Source: Candidatus Woesearchaeota archaeon | GTDB lineage: Archaea > Nanobdellota > Nanobdellia > SCGC-AAA011-G17 > GW2011-AR18 | Direction: 5' to 3' | DNA length: 64,000 nucleotides | Assembly: GCA_018302765.1 (NCBI GenBank) | Contig: JAGVZG010000004.1 | Coordinates: forward strand, 1 to 64,000 | Part shown: in pieces, positions 36,132 to 46,465 of the stretch | Numbering within the stretch: position 1 is the first letter of the stretch | Layout of the letters: each line of letters opens with the position of its first letter | The notes under the pieces: generated by a model | The model's database searches: none | What the model was told of the DNA's origin: nothing | The model's input: the letters and a program-made list of their open reading frames with translations, nothing else | Made by a program: the position numbers and the translations under genes

Positions 36132-39002
36132 ATGCTTAATTTAAAACAAATAGAATCTAAATGGCAGAAGGCTTGGGAAGAAAATAAGATCTTTGAAGCT
36201 AAACCTGGGAAAAATAAAAAATTCTTCTTCACAACACCTTATCCTTATATTTCTGGAAGTTTGCATGTAGGCCATGGTAGGGCAGTAACTGAAAGCGATA
36301 TCCTTTGCAGATATAAAAGAATGGTCGGTTTTAATGTTTTGTTTCCTATGGCTTTTCATATATCTGGTACACCTGTTCTAGGCATTTCTTCTGCCATAAA
36401 AAGTAATGATAAAGAAAAAATAGTTTTATATGAAAACTATGTATCCGCCTACGAGAAAGATAAAACTAAAATAAAGCAAATAGTCAGGTCTTTTGAAGAT
36501 CCCAATAAAATTGTAGAATTCTTTATTCCTAAGATGATTGAAGAATATAAACAACTGGGATTAAGTGTAGATTGGAGTAGAAGTTTTACATCTGGTGATT
36601 TAGAACATCAGTCCATGGTTGAATGGCAATTTAATAAATATAAAGAATTTGGTTACCTTACAAGAGGGAAGCATCCCGTTTTATATTCTCCTCAAGATGA
36701 AAGTGCAATGGGTGAAGATGACATTCAAGATGCTGATTCTAACCCTGTAGAGAAACAAGAATTTACCTTATTGAAATTCAAATTGAAAAATAAATTTTTA
36801 GTTGCAGCAACTTTACGTCCTGAAACAATTTTTGGTCAAACAAACTTATGGATAAATCCACTCATAAAGTATCATGAAATAAAAGTTGGGAACGAAATCT
36901 GGATTTTAAGTGAAAATAGTATTGAAAAACTAACTTATCAAAAAGATAATGTAAAAAATTTAGGAGAAACTAAAGAAAAGCTTATCGGAGAATATGTAAA
37001 AGCCCCAGGTATTAATAAAGAAATAATTATTTTACCTTCTAGTTTTGTAGATCCTGATGTTGGAACCGGTATTGTAACAAGTGTTCCTAGTGATGCACCA
37101 CATGATTATATTGCCTTAAAAGAACTTCAAAATAATGTACAAGAAATTAAAAAATATAAATTGGATTCAAGCGTTATAAACTCTTTAAAAATAATCCCGA
37201 TTATTAATACTAAAAAATATGGTGATAAAGCTGGAATGAAGATAGCAGAAGAAAATAATATATCAAAACAAGATGATCCTAAACTTGAGGCACTTACCCA
37301 AGAAATTTATAAAGAAGGATTTCATAATGGAGTCCTATTAAATAATTGTGGAAAATATTCTAATATGAAAGTAACTGAAGCTAAAGAGTTGATGAAAAAA
37401 GAATTAATTGAAAATAAAGAAGCAGATATAATGTTAGAAACATCCAGAAAAGCGTTTTCTAGAAGCGGCGGCAAGATAATTGTTGCTATAATGGATAATC
37501 AATGGTTTTTAGATTTTAATACTGATAAGTGGAAAGATAAGGCTTATTCTTGTTTGTCTAAAATAGAATTATCTCCAGAGTCCACTAGGAAATTATTTGA
37601 AGATGTTTTTGCATGGTTAGACAAAAGACCTTGTGCTAGAAAAAGAGGACTTGGTACAAAACTGCCTTTTGATAAATACTGGATGATAGAATCCTTATCT
37701 GATTCTACTATTTACATGACATTGTATACTATCAATAATATTATAAGAAGGAATAATTTAGATAAAGAGAACCTTAAAAATGAATTCTTTGATTATGTCT
37801 ATCTTGGAAAAGGAAAGATCAATGATGTCGCTAAAATAACCAATGTAAAAGAAGATATACTAAAAGAATTAAGGGATAGTTTCGAATATTGGATGCCAAA
37901 TGATCAAAGACATACATTTATTTTACATCTTTCAAATCACTTATCATTTATGATATTTGCTTTTGCAGCAATTTTCCCAGAGAGGTATTGGCCAAAGAAG
38001 ATAAGTTTTCATGGACTTGTAGTAAGTGAAGGTGAAAAAATGAGTAAAAGTAAAGGAAATATTATTACATTGCTCCATGTAAAAGATAATTATGGTGCCG
38101 ATGTTTTTAGATTATATCTTACTCACTCCACTACAATACAAGGAACATTCGATTGGAATGAGACAGAAGCCCAAAATGCAAAGAAAACGGTTGAAAGAGT
38201 CTACTCTGAATGTATGGAAGCAATAGATAATATGACCAAGGGTGGAGAAGTTAAGCCTATATTTGCACATAAATTCAATAAGATTATAAAAAATGCAACT
38301 GATAAAATAGAACAAATGAAATTAAGGGAATTCAATAATTTTGTTGTTTATGATATGCTAAACTTAATAAGATCTGCAAAAGCTAGTCTAAATAAAAATG
38401 AACTTAGTATATTTAATAATTATATCATTGAAAAATGGATTAAATTAACATCACCAGTTATGCCACATACTGCTGAAGAATTATGGAGTAAATTAGGAAA
38501 TAAAAATTTTATTAGTTTGGAGATCTGGCCTAAATTTGATGCTGAAAAAATCGACGAATCTCTTGAATATGCAGAATCATTTACTGATAATTTATTAGCA
38601 GACGTTAGATATTTAAATAATATATTAAAGATAGATAAGATTAACAAAATAATATTTATTGTTAGCCCTGTATGGAGATATAAACTTTATAGAGATTTCA
38701 ATGAAATAATTGTTAACACTGTTGAAGGGGGTTTTTCTTCTATTATGAAAGAAATAATGAGGCTTTTATTACCTAAATATAAAGAACATACTCAAGAAAT
38801 TTCTAAACTATTGCCTAAGTTAATTGAGAAAAGACCTGAAATTGTATTAAATAAAGAGAAAGAAATTCAAATATTGCAAGAAATTAAAAAAAATATTGAA
38901 AAGGAATTTAATTGTAAAGTTGTTGTTGAAGACGGAGATAAATTTAAGCATGAAAAATCTAAGTTTGCTCTACCTGGAAAACCTGCTATTCTATTAGAAT
39001 AA
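36132..39002 (+). CDS. leuS: leucine--tRNA ligase (archaeal type)
   Basis: PYPYISGSLHVGH (HIGH), ATLRPET, GTGIVTSVPSDAPHD editing domain, KMSKS. Confidence 0.96.
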   Translation: MLNLKQIESKWQKAWEENKIFEAKPGKNKKFFFTTPYPYISGSLHVGHGRAVTESDILCRYKRMVGFNVLFPMAFHISGTPVLGISSAIKSNDKEKIVLYENYVSAYEKDKTKIKQIVRSFEDPNKIVEFFIPKMIEEYKQLGLSVDWSRSFTSGDLEHQSMVEWQFNKYKEFGYLTRGKHPVLYSPQDESAMGEDDIQDADSNPVEKQEFTLLKFKLKNKFLVAATLRPETIFGQTNLWINPLIKYHEIKVGNEIWILSENSIEKLTYQKDNVKNLGETKEKLIGEYVKAPGINKEIIILPSSFVDPDVGTGIVTSVPSDAPHDYIALKELQNNVQEIKKYKLDSSVINSLKIIPIINTKKYGDKAGMKIAEENNISKQDDPKLEALTQEIYKEGFHNGVLLNNCGKYSNMKVTEAKELMKKELIENKEADIMLETSRKAFSRSGGKIIVAIMDNQWFLDFNTDKWKDKAYSCLSKIELSPESTRKLFEDVFAWLDKRPCARKRGLGTKLPFDKYWMIESLSDSTIYMTLYTINNIIRRNNLDKENLKNEFFDYVYLGKGKINDVAKITNVKEDILKELRDSFEYWMPNDQRHTFILHLSNHLSFMIFAFAAIFPERYWPKKISFHGLVVSEGEKMSKSKGNIITLLHVKDNYGADVFRLYLTHSTTIQGTFDWNETEAQNAKKTVERVYSECMEAIDNMTKGGEVKPIFAHKFNKIIKNATDKIEQMKLREFNNFVVYDMLNLIRSAKASLNKNELSIFNNYIIEKWIKLTSPVMPHTAEELWSKLGNKNFISLEIWPKFDAEKIDESLEYAESFTDNLLADVRYLNNILKIDKINKIIFIVSPVWRYKLYRDFNEIIVNTVEGGFSSIMKEIMRLLLPKYKEHTQEISKLLPKLIEKRPEIVLNKEKEIQILQEIKKNIEKEFNCKVVVEDGDKFKHEKSKFALPGKPAILLE

Positions 39003-39558
39003 AGTTTATCTGAATAAAGAAGGCTATCTCAGGTCCTTTTAATATTAGCTCTTCACTGTTTAATCCCTTAAGTTCATGCGGAAATACTAACCATTTGTCT
39101 GTCTCATGTATATAAAAATCAGGAGCACGATCTGTTTGATTTCTAGTTGGCTTGTAATAAACTGTAGCTATTTTTAATTCTCTTGGCATATTGGCTCTCA
39201 TTCTTGTTTTCATAGCATCTAAAACGGCTTTTATGCTTAATCCAGTATCATAAACATCATCGACAATTAATAATTTATTATCCAAATTTGCATTTCTTTC
39301 AATGTATTCCAAACCATGCACCCTAATGCTTTTTCTTTTTTCATCTATTCCATCATAAGCAGAAGTTCTTATCGGTATATGGTCTGTTTTAACATTGTGG
39401 TAATCTAGAAATTCCTGAACTGCACTTCCTATAGGTGTGCCGCCTCTCCACAAAGCTACTATAAAATCTGGCCTGAATTCTGAATCTAATATTTTACGAG
39501 CTAATTTATAAGAATCAATTAATAATTGATCAGCGGTTATATATTGCTTTTCTACCAT
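38986..39558 (-). CDS. type I phosphoribosyltransferase (hypoxanthine/xanthine-guanine PRT-like)
   Basis: ALWRGG, PRPP-binding LLIVDDVYDTGLS, WLVFPHE. Confidence 0.85.
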   Translation of the reverse strand: MVEKQYITADQLLIDSYKLARKILDSEFRPDFIVALWRGGTPIGSAVQEFLDYHNVKTDHIPIRTSAYDGIDEKRKSIRVHGLEYIERNANLDNKLLIVDDVYDTGLSIKAVLDAMKTRMRANMPRELKIATVYYKPTRNQTDRAPDFYIHETDKWLVFPHELKGLNSEELILKGPEIAFFIQINFILIE

Positions 39559-39728
39559 AGGAAGTTACAAAACTGTTAATTTATAAATTTTTATATGATA
39601 AATTCTATAATTTGGAAAACTTTTCAGAAAACCAGGTAAATATTCTTTAATAATTAATATTTCTACCAATAGTTAGAACTACATTTAAATTAGCTAAAAT
39701 TATAAACTTTTCTTTGTTTATTGTATTT

Positions 39729-40088
39729 ATGGCATTGAATGACTTACTTCAAAGAACAAAATCTGGGTTTTATGAAATTTTATTTAGAGGATCTACTGCC
39801 TTTCCTTATTCAAATGACTTAATGCATATTGGAATTATTGGAACTGTTCCATTTTTATTTAGTAAATATGGGGCTCAATTCCTAGGAAATTATGTTCCAT
39901 TTTTAAAAAATAATTCAGATTTAATTGGTTTTGGCTGCGCTGTTGCTTCTGAATTAATATGGCAACTTTACTTAGAACCAAAATCGCCTTATGATCATCC
40001 AGAGGATAAAAATAGCGATTTTAAAGGTGTTCTTGAAACTGCAGTAGGTGCAGGTTTGGCTTATCTTGTAACTAAGCTGCTTAGATAA
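39729..40088 (+). CDS. hypothetical membrane protein
   Basis: About 119 aa with hydrophobic segments; track uses TTG at 39714. Confidence 0.6.
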   Translation: MALNDLLQRTKSGFYEILFRGSTAFPYSNDLMHIGIIGTVPFLFSKYGAQFLGNYVPFLKNNSDLIGFGCAVASELIWQLYLEPKSPYDHPEDKNSDFKGVLETAVGAGLAYLVTKLLR

Positions 40089-41286
40089 AGCTAGTTAATT
40101 TTACTTGTTTATTCAATTTGTCCAATAACTTACTTTCTTTTAGCTGCATATTTATATCATATTTTAATTTTTTAAAAATTAATTCTCTAGCAAAATCAAG
40201 CATTTCTTTTTTACTGCTGAATTCATATTTTTCTGAGCTTAGGGCTTTTTTAACTGCCTGCCTTACAACAAAAACTCCTAAAGGAACTAAATACTCAGAA
40301 GTTACGTATCTTAATAACAAACAGCTAGCTTGTTTTTTTAGTTTTTTTAACTCCTCTAATAGGCTTAACCTTGCAGCGTAATAACCTCCAACAGTATTTT
40401 CTGCATAATCCTTTCTTCCGTAATAATCTTCATAATCTGTAGTTGTATAAACAGCATCATCTGGCTTGGCTAAATTTTCTGGAATTGCAGTCTCAAATAA
40501 TTCATAAGACCATACATCTGGAAACATAATAATTAAATAGTGGTTTCCAAAATAATTTCCAAAATATAATTTATAGTTTTCAAGTGAACTGTTGTTTTTT
40601 ATTTCTTTTATGTTGTCTTTACCTATTGCATTATCTGTTGCTGTGATTGACCATCTTGTAGGAACTAACTTTCTATTATACTTTATTCCCATGATACCTA
40701 TGCTTAATAATTGACTTAATTGGTACTCAGAAATTCCTTTTTCTCTCAAATATCTTATAGCATCAACTGCCTTTAGATCCGTATCATAAAAAACCTTTTC
40801 AATTTTTGGCTCTAATTTTATGTTATCTATTGACCTTATTTTATTTGCTTCTCCGCCAGGGCCAAAAGGAAGATGAACATTATCAATGCTTAACTTGGGC
40901 CTTAGTTTTTTCTTTAATTCAACTTCTATAGTTGTGGTTTTAGAACTCATTGCTATTTCCTGAGCTAATTCTAAGAACTTATTATTTTTTCTGACATCAA
41001 ATATTCCGGATTTTTTCCTTGCATTAATTAGGTTTGCTCTTAACTCAACAATTTTTCTTATATCATAATTATTTTCATACCAATAATATGGATTGTCATA
41101 TTTCCAAGCTTCTTCTTTATTATCTAAAGGACTTAGAACTCCAACATTTGCTTTTTTGTTATTGATAAATTTACTTCCAACAAATACTGTTGGGGGAGTA
41201 TTGCCCAGAAATTCCTTATCTACAAGGTCAATTGCCTTAATTTTTATATCTTTAATCCAAGGACTTTTATTTTTTAATATTATCAT
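40081..41286 (-). CDS. nreA: Nre-family DNA repair protein with C-terminal PIP box
   Basis: PPTVFVG, RKLVPTRWSITATD, GGYYAARL, GVFVVRQ; C-terminal QVKLTSFI (PCNA-binding). Confidence 0.9.
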   Translation of the reverse strand: MIILKNKSPWIKDIKIKAIDLVDKEFLGNTPPTVFVGSKFINNKKANVGVLSPLDNKEEAWKYDNPYYWYENNYDIRKIVELRANLINARKKSGIFDVRKNNKFLELAQEIAMSSKTTTIEVELKKKLRPKLSIDNVHLPFGPGGEANKIRSIDNIKLEPKIEKVFYDTDLKAVDAIRYLREKGISEYQLSQLLSIGIMGIKYNRKLVPTRWSITATDNAIGKDNIKEIKNNSSLENYKLYFGNYFGNHYLIIMFPDVWSYELFETAIPENLAKPDDAVYTTTDYEDYYGRKDYAENTVGGYYAARLSLLEELKKLKKQASCLLLRYVTSEYLVPLGVFVVRQAVKKALSSEKYEFSSKKEMLDFARELIFKKLKYDINMQLKESKLLDKLNKQVKLTSFI

Positions 41287-41409
41287 ACAACATTAAAAAC
41301 CCAAGAGTTTAAATATTTTTATATGAATATCAAGACAACAAGATAATATTATCATTCCTTTTGAAACCAAACTTGTCATAAAAATTACAGAAAGCTGTAA
41401 TTTATATAA

Positions 41410-42570
41410 TTATTCAGCTCTAGACTTTCTTGCTTCTTTAATTAATCTTTCATAAAATTCTGTTTTGCTGTCCATTAATCTTTTATGCGAACGAGATTTG
41501 CATTCTTCTAAAACATAACCAACAAGAATTGGAAATATTGGGCTATATTCCCCCCAAATTTGTATTAATCCTGGACTATTAGCATCTACATATTTCTCCC
41601 ATGATACAGCTTCACCAAGAGTAGCGCCTGACAATCCACCATCTTTTTCAACAGCAGTACTTATTTGTATACCTACATCTGCGCCTTCAAATTCTACTTC
41701 CAACAATTGGTTTAACATTGGTGCTAGAGTCTGTATCCAGTTTTTAGGCCCTCCGCCACCTAATTCCAAGAATGCTGTTTTTTCGCTTGCATATTCAATA
41801 GCTGCTCCTTCTAGTAAACTTCTATTTGGACATATTCTAACACTTGAATTTAAGCGTAAAAAACGTGATGCATTTACCATCCCTATTGAATGGTCTGATT
41901 CTGAATCAAGGAAAACAGGAACACCATATTGCGCTGATGCAGCCAGCCAAGAATTTTCAGGGTATGGTGCATTAGCTAAGATATATTTACCCCATTCATA
42001 ACAATAATCAGCGCTAGATATTTCTCTATCTTGCAACGTTCCTGCAAATTCGTCAAAAATTCTATCTTGTCTTATCAATGTTTCTTCTAGGCTTACAAAT
42101 AAATCGTAAATTCTAACAACGCCATGTTTGCGTAGCTCATTATCATTAACTTTTGAACTACCTTGCACAACAGGTAAATCCCAAGCAAAATGGCCATCAT
42201 GATAAACTTGCGCACCTGTAGAGCAAATTGCATCAATTGAACCATGTTTTATTAAATCTATAAAATAACCGCCAATACCACCAACAGGTCCTGCACCTGC
42301 AACGCCCAGCCATGTTGTGAAACCTTCATTATGTATTTTCTCTAAAGTCCTGGCAGCTCTTGCAATATTTCTAGCTTCAAAGCACGTTGCTTCATATAAA
42401 TCAATAATGTTTTTAATATTTGTACCCAGAATCCAATGTACTGGTTTTATTTTACTACCTTGCATATAAGAGCTATTTGTGCCTTGTGAAAAAGAATCGT
42501 TCATAGTTTTTTCTTTAATTTTTTTATATAAAAGATTTTCTTTGCTAGAATAGTTATTTTTATAATACAA
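41410..42570 (-). CDS. dhs: deoxyhypusine synthase family protein
   Basis: STGAQVYHD, GGGGPKNW, DGGLSGATLGEAVSWEK; start may be at 42504. Confidence 0.88.
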   Translation of the reverse strand: MYYKNNYSSKENLLYKKIKEKTMNDSFSQGTNSSYMQGSKIKPVHWILGTNIKNIIDLYEATCFEARNIARAARTLEKIHNEGFTTWLGVAGAGPVGGIGGYFIDLIKHGSIDAICSTGAQVYHDGHFAWDLPVVQGSSKVNDNELRKHGVVRIYDLFVSLEETLIRQDRIFDEFAGTLQDREISSADYCYEWGKYILANAPYPENSWLAASAQYGVPVFLDSESDHSIGMVNASRFLRLNSSVRICPNRSLLEGAAIEYASEKTAFLELGGGGPKNWIQTLAPMLNQLLEVEFEGADVGIQISTAVEKDGGLSGATLGEAVSWEKYVDANSPGLIQIWGEYSPIFPILVGYVLEECKSRSHKRLMDSKTEFYERLIKEARKSRAE

Positions 42571-42814
42571 AATTATATAAGTATAAATATATGTATTTTT
42601 TATATGCAGTTTACAATAAAATCAGGTGTTGTTTTAGGAGTTGCTTCATTTCAGTTAATTGACAAAAGAAAATTAAAATTTGAGGTTTTTCCAGGGAAGA
42701 AAGGCTATGACGTTAGTGGTTTTACTAGTAATGCGATGATTTACTAAAGATAAATAATAACTTTGTAATAATGTTTATAGTAAAGGATATATACTAAAAT
42801 ATTACACAAATCAT

Positions 42815-44242
42815 ATGATAAACTATAATGATTTAGGCCTTAAAATAGGTCTAGAAATTCATCAACAGCTCGACACTGGAAAATTATTTTGTAGATGTCC
42901 TTGCATTATAAAAGATGAAAAACCAGATTTTGAGGTTAAAAGAAATCTAAGAGTTTCTGCCTCTGAATTAGGAGAGTTTGATCCTGCTGCCTTATACGAA
43001 TTAAAAAAAGGTAAATATTTTGTTTATCAAGGGTATAATAATATAAATTGCTTAGTTGAATTAGACGAATTGCCTCCTGAAGAATTAAATAAAGAAGCAT
43101 TGAACATTGCTTTGCAGGTTGCCTTATTATTGAATGCTAAACCTGTAGATGTTGTTCAGTTTATGAGAAAAATTGTAATTGATGGAAGCAATGTTTCTGG
43201 CTTTCAAAGAACTGCTTTAATTGCTATTAATGGCTATATTGAAACTTCTGAAAGTAGGATTTCAATTCCTACAATATGCTTGGAAGAAGAAGCAGCCAAG
43301 AAAGTTGAAGATGCAGAAAAATACAGGGTTTACAATATTTCCAGAATGGGAATTCCTTTAATTGAGATTGCTACTGGCCCTGAAATAAAAAGTCCAGAAG
43401 GAGCTAAAGAAACTGCTGAGAAAATTGGAATGGTTTTAAGATCTGTTAAAGGAATTAAACGTGGGCTTGGAAGTATAAGGCAAGACATCAATTTAAGTAT
43501 AAAGAATACTGCTAGGGTTGAAATAAAAGGCTTTCAAGATTTGAGAAGTATTCCTAATGTTGTTGAATTTGAAATTAATAGAAGATTGATTGTATTAAAT
43601 GAAGGGGAAAAATTAGAAGGTGAAGTTAGGAAAGCTGAACCTGATTTTACTACTTCATTTTTAAGACCAATGCCCGGAGCTGATAGAATGTATCCTGAAA
43701 CTGATGTTCCTTTAGTCTATATAACTAAAGACATATTAAAGAAAATAGAATTACCTAAATTGCTAGACGAGAAAGTTGATGACTTAGAAAAAATTTATGG
43801 TTTACAGCCAGAAATTGCCAGAGAAATTATAAAGCAAAATATCAGTTTTGACCATTTTGTAAGTCAATACAGAAATTTAGATCCTAGTTTTATTTCTAGA
43901 GTTTTGGTTGAAGTCCCAAAAGAAATAAAATCTAGATTAAAATTAGATTCAGATAAATTAACAGAAGATAGTTTTCATGCTGTTCTAGAATTTATTAATG
44001 AAGGAAAAATTAACAAAGAAGCTGCTATTGATGTTTTAGCTGATTTAATTAGAAGTGGAAAAATAAATTTAGATAAATATGAAACTATTTCTGATGAAGA
44101 ACTTGAAATAGAAGTTAGAAAAATAATTGATTCTAATAAAGGAGTTTCATTTGGTGGTTTGATGGGTGATGTTATGGAAAAATTTAAAGGAAAAGTTGAC
44201 GGGAAAAAAGTTGCTGAATTGATTAAGAAGTATATGGAATAA
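42815..44242 (+). CDS. gatE: Glu-tRNA(Gln) amidotransferase subunit E (lacks AspRS-like insertion domain)
   Basis: GLEIHQQLDTGKLFC, RKIVIDGSNVSGFQRT, RGLGSIRQD, RPMPGADRMYPETD. Confidence 0.95.
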   Translation: MINYNDLGLKIGLEIHQQLDTGKLFCRCPCIIKDEKPDFEVKRNLRVSASELGEFDPAALYELKKGKYFVYQGYNNINCLVELDELPPEELNKEALNIALQVALLLNAKPVDVVQFMRKIVIDGSNVSGFQRTALIAINGYIETSESRISIPTICLEEEAAKKVEDAEKYRVYNISRMGIPLIEIATGPEIKSPEGAKETAEKIGMVLRSVKGIKRGLGSIRQDINLSIKNTARVEIKGFQDLRSIPNVVEFEINRRLIVLNEGEKLEGEVRKAEPDFTTSFLRPMPGADRMYPETDVPLVYITKDILKKIELPKLLDEKVDDLEKIYGLQPEIAREIIKQNISFDHFVSQYRNLDPSFISRVLVEVPKEIKSRLKLDSDKLTEDSFHAVLEFINEGKINKEAAIDVLADLIRSGKINLDKYETISDEELEIEVRKIIDSNKGVSFGGLMGDVMEKFKGKVDGKKVAELIKKYME

Positions 44243-45205
44243 TTATTCTTCAGGAAAGTAAATATATTTGTATATTTTTTTAGCTTTGTAATATTTGTAT
44301 GTTCTAAGTATCCCAGGAAATTTTATTTTTATTTCTTTTATTAAATTATAAAATGCATCGTAACCTTGAAGTTCTGCATCAAATTCAAAATCTGAACTGC
44401 CTATAGTTCTATCTTCAAATATAATATTTGGGTGGTTTTTTGCAAATTGCTGTAACTGTTTTAATTTTGTAATATCTTCTATATCTAGATCTATCTTATA
44501 ATATTCATAGTTTAATTTTGTATAATCGATTAATGCCTTGTAACTTAGGATTACTTTTTTCTTTTCTAGTTGCTTTATTCTATAGATTAATGCCATAGAA
44601 CTTAAATTTAATTTTTTTGATAATTCTATTAAAGAAAATTTAGCATTTTTGGAAATTTCTTTTAAAATTTTAATATCTAGTTCATCAATTTCTGTCTTTT
44701 GTGATTTTCCTATTATAATTCCTGAATGGTCTCTTAATTTTTCTTCAACTAGGTAATTTTTAAGATATTGTATATATTCTATAAAAATTGCAACATTGTG
44801 GGAATGCATATATTTTTTATATTTTTCCTGGAAATTTATTAAAATATTATTAAATTCTTCTAAAGATTTAACTAGAAAACCTAAAGCTAAATCCCAATCT
44901 CCTTCTGTTTTGTAAACTGTAAATATTGATTTTGAATTTACTAAATGGTTTATTATTTCTTCTTCTAATTCCAGTGTTGTATTTTGAAATTTGACATAGT
45001 ATCTTAATAAAATGTACCCTAACTTTGAATAATCAATTACAGTGTAATATCCTTGTATTATTTTATTATCTTCTAGTTGCTTGATTCTATAAGCTACTGT
45101 ATCTTTTTTTAGCTTTAATATTTTAGATATTTCATTAATACTTCTTCTTGAATTTTTATCTATCTCAAACATTATCTTTTTGTCTATTTCGTCCATTTTT
45201 TGCAT
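44243..45205 (-). CDS. tandem Lrp/AsnC-family transcriptional regulator
   Basis: Two HTH_AsnC repeats (MDEIDKKI...; IDELDIKIL...), each followed by a RAM-like domain. Confidence 0.85.
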   Translation of the reverse strand: MQKMDEIDKKIMFEIDKNSRRSINEISKILKLKKDTVAYRIKQLEDNKIIQGYYTVIDYSKLGYILLRYYVKFQNTTLELEEEIINHLVNSKSIFTVYKTEGDWDLALGFLVKSLEEFNNILINFQEKYKKYMHSHNVAIFIEYIQYLKNYLVEEKLRDHSGIIIGKSQKTEIDELDIKILKEISKNAKFSLIELSKKLNLSSMALIYRIKQLEKKKVILSYKALIDYTKLNYEYYKIDLDIEDITKLKQLQQFAKNHPNIIFEDRTIGSSDFEFDAELQGYDAFYNLIKEIKIKFPGILRTYKYYKAKKIYKYIYFPEE

Positions 45206-45329
45206 ATTTTTAATTAAAATACTAATTAATATATAAATCTTTTTATTTTGATTAAAATTTTAATAATAAATTTAATATAACTGTTAAACTACCATATATT
45301 ACTATAAAGTAGCAATTATTGAGGGAAAA

Positions 45330-45803
45330 ATGAAACTGTACAAAATTATACCAATGTTGATTGGGACTTTTGTTGGCTGTAGTTCAACTAGTCCACAAGA
45401 CTTAGCTAATTTAGTTAGAGAAAATGGACAAAATTTTGTATTGGATGGGAAAAAATTAGAATGGACTCATCAAATGAGAAAGACATTAAAAGATAGAACT
45501 GAAATTGATGTAAGCTTATGGGACAGAAAAGATGAAAAGTGTTCTAGACAAAAAATAAATGTAATACCCAGTTATGAATCTAAAGAAAGACATTTACCAA
45601 TTGGGTATGAAGTAGTTGATTGGGGTTGTGACGGTATGAATTCTGATAGTGATGACTTTAGAATTTACTTAGGCAATGATAGGTGGCATCATGTTAGTGC
45701 TCAAAAAATGACTATTGATGAAACTTTTGATAATGTTCCTAGAGTGGGAATGAAAGAAATGTATCAGGAATTGGTAGATCAAATTTATAAGGAATTAAAA
45801 TGA
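45330..45803 (+). CDS. hypothetical exported protein, possible lipoprotein
   Basis: Short signal peptide ending FVG|C. Confidence 0.55.
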   Translation: MKLYKIIPMLIGTFVGCSSTSPQDLANLVRENGQNFVLDGKKLEWTHQMRKTLKDRTEIDVSLWDRKDEKCSRQKINVIPSYESKERHLPIGYEVVDWGCDGMNSDSDDFRIYLGNDRWHHVSAQKMTIDETFDNVPRVGMKEMYQELVDQIYKELK

Positions 45804-46228
45804 GAGCTTTAATACTTCATGCAAATAAATTTGCAACAAAGGTTGTAAAAAAATCAAATAAACCTGGAAACATAGTATCGGAGAAAGTAAATGAATTTGA
45901 GAATGAAATGGATGAATGTATTGTTGCATTTTTTACTGTAGAAAAACCAGACTCTGAAAACGAAATTGAAAAATTATATAATGAAATTATTAAAGCCAGC
46001 AATGAAACTGATACTAAAAATATTATGATATCCCCTTTTGTACACTTATCAAATAATATCGCTGAACCTAAAAAAGCTATCCAATTTTATGAAAATATTA
46101 TGAGTAAATTCAAAAATACAAATTACATTGTTAATTCTTCGCCTTTTGGCTATCATAAAAGTTTGCTATTAGATATTAAGGGACACCCGACTTCCTTTAG
46201 GTATAGAGAATTTAATAATGATCGATAA
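45800..46228 (+). CDS. free-standing archaeal ThrRS editing domain (Ser-tRNA(Thr) hydrolase-like)
   Basis: MRALILHA, FFTVEKPD, SPFVHLS, SPFGYHK..DIKGHP. Confidence 0.82.
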   Translation: MRALILHANKFATKVVKKSNKPGNIVSEKVNEFENEMDECIVAFFTVEKPDSENEIEKLYNEIIKASNETDTKNIMISPFVHLSNNIAEPKKAIQFYENIMSKFKNTNYIVNSSPFGYHKSLLLDIKGHPTSFRYREFNNDR

Positions 46229-46465
46229 TTATTCTTCTCCAAATACACATTTTATCTTGTAAACTTTTCTTATTCTATGCAATGGAATTTCTACTTCTTT
46301 ATTATCTAATTCTAAAACTATTGAGAATTTATTTAGTTCTTTTATGTCAGTAAATTTTATTTCCTGCAATTCTTCTTTAAACCTGTCTTTGTAATAAATT
46401 ATAAATTTTTCTTTGTCTTTTTCTTTCCATTTAATCTTATTTAATAATTCAAATATTGCTTGCAT
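46229..46465 (-). CDS. DUF504/MJ1316-family RNA-binding protein
   Basis: LLNKIKW, IYYKDR, IPLHRIRKV. Confidence 0.78.
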   Translation of the reverse strand: MQAIFELLNKIKWKEKDKEKFIIYYKDRFKEELQEIKFTDIKELNKFSIVLELDNKEVEIPLHRIRKVYKIKCVFGEE

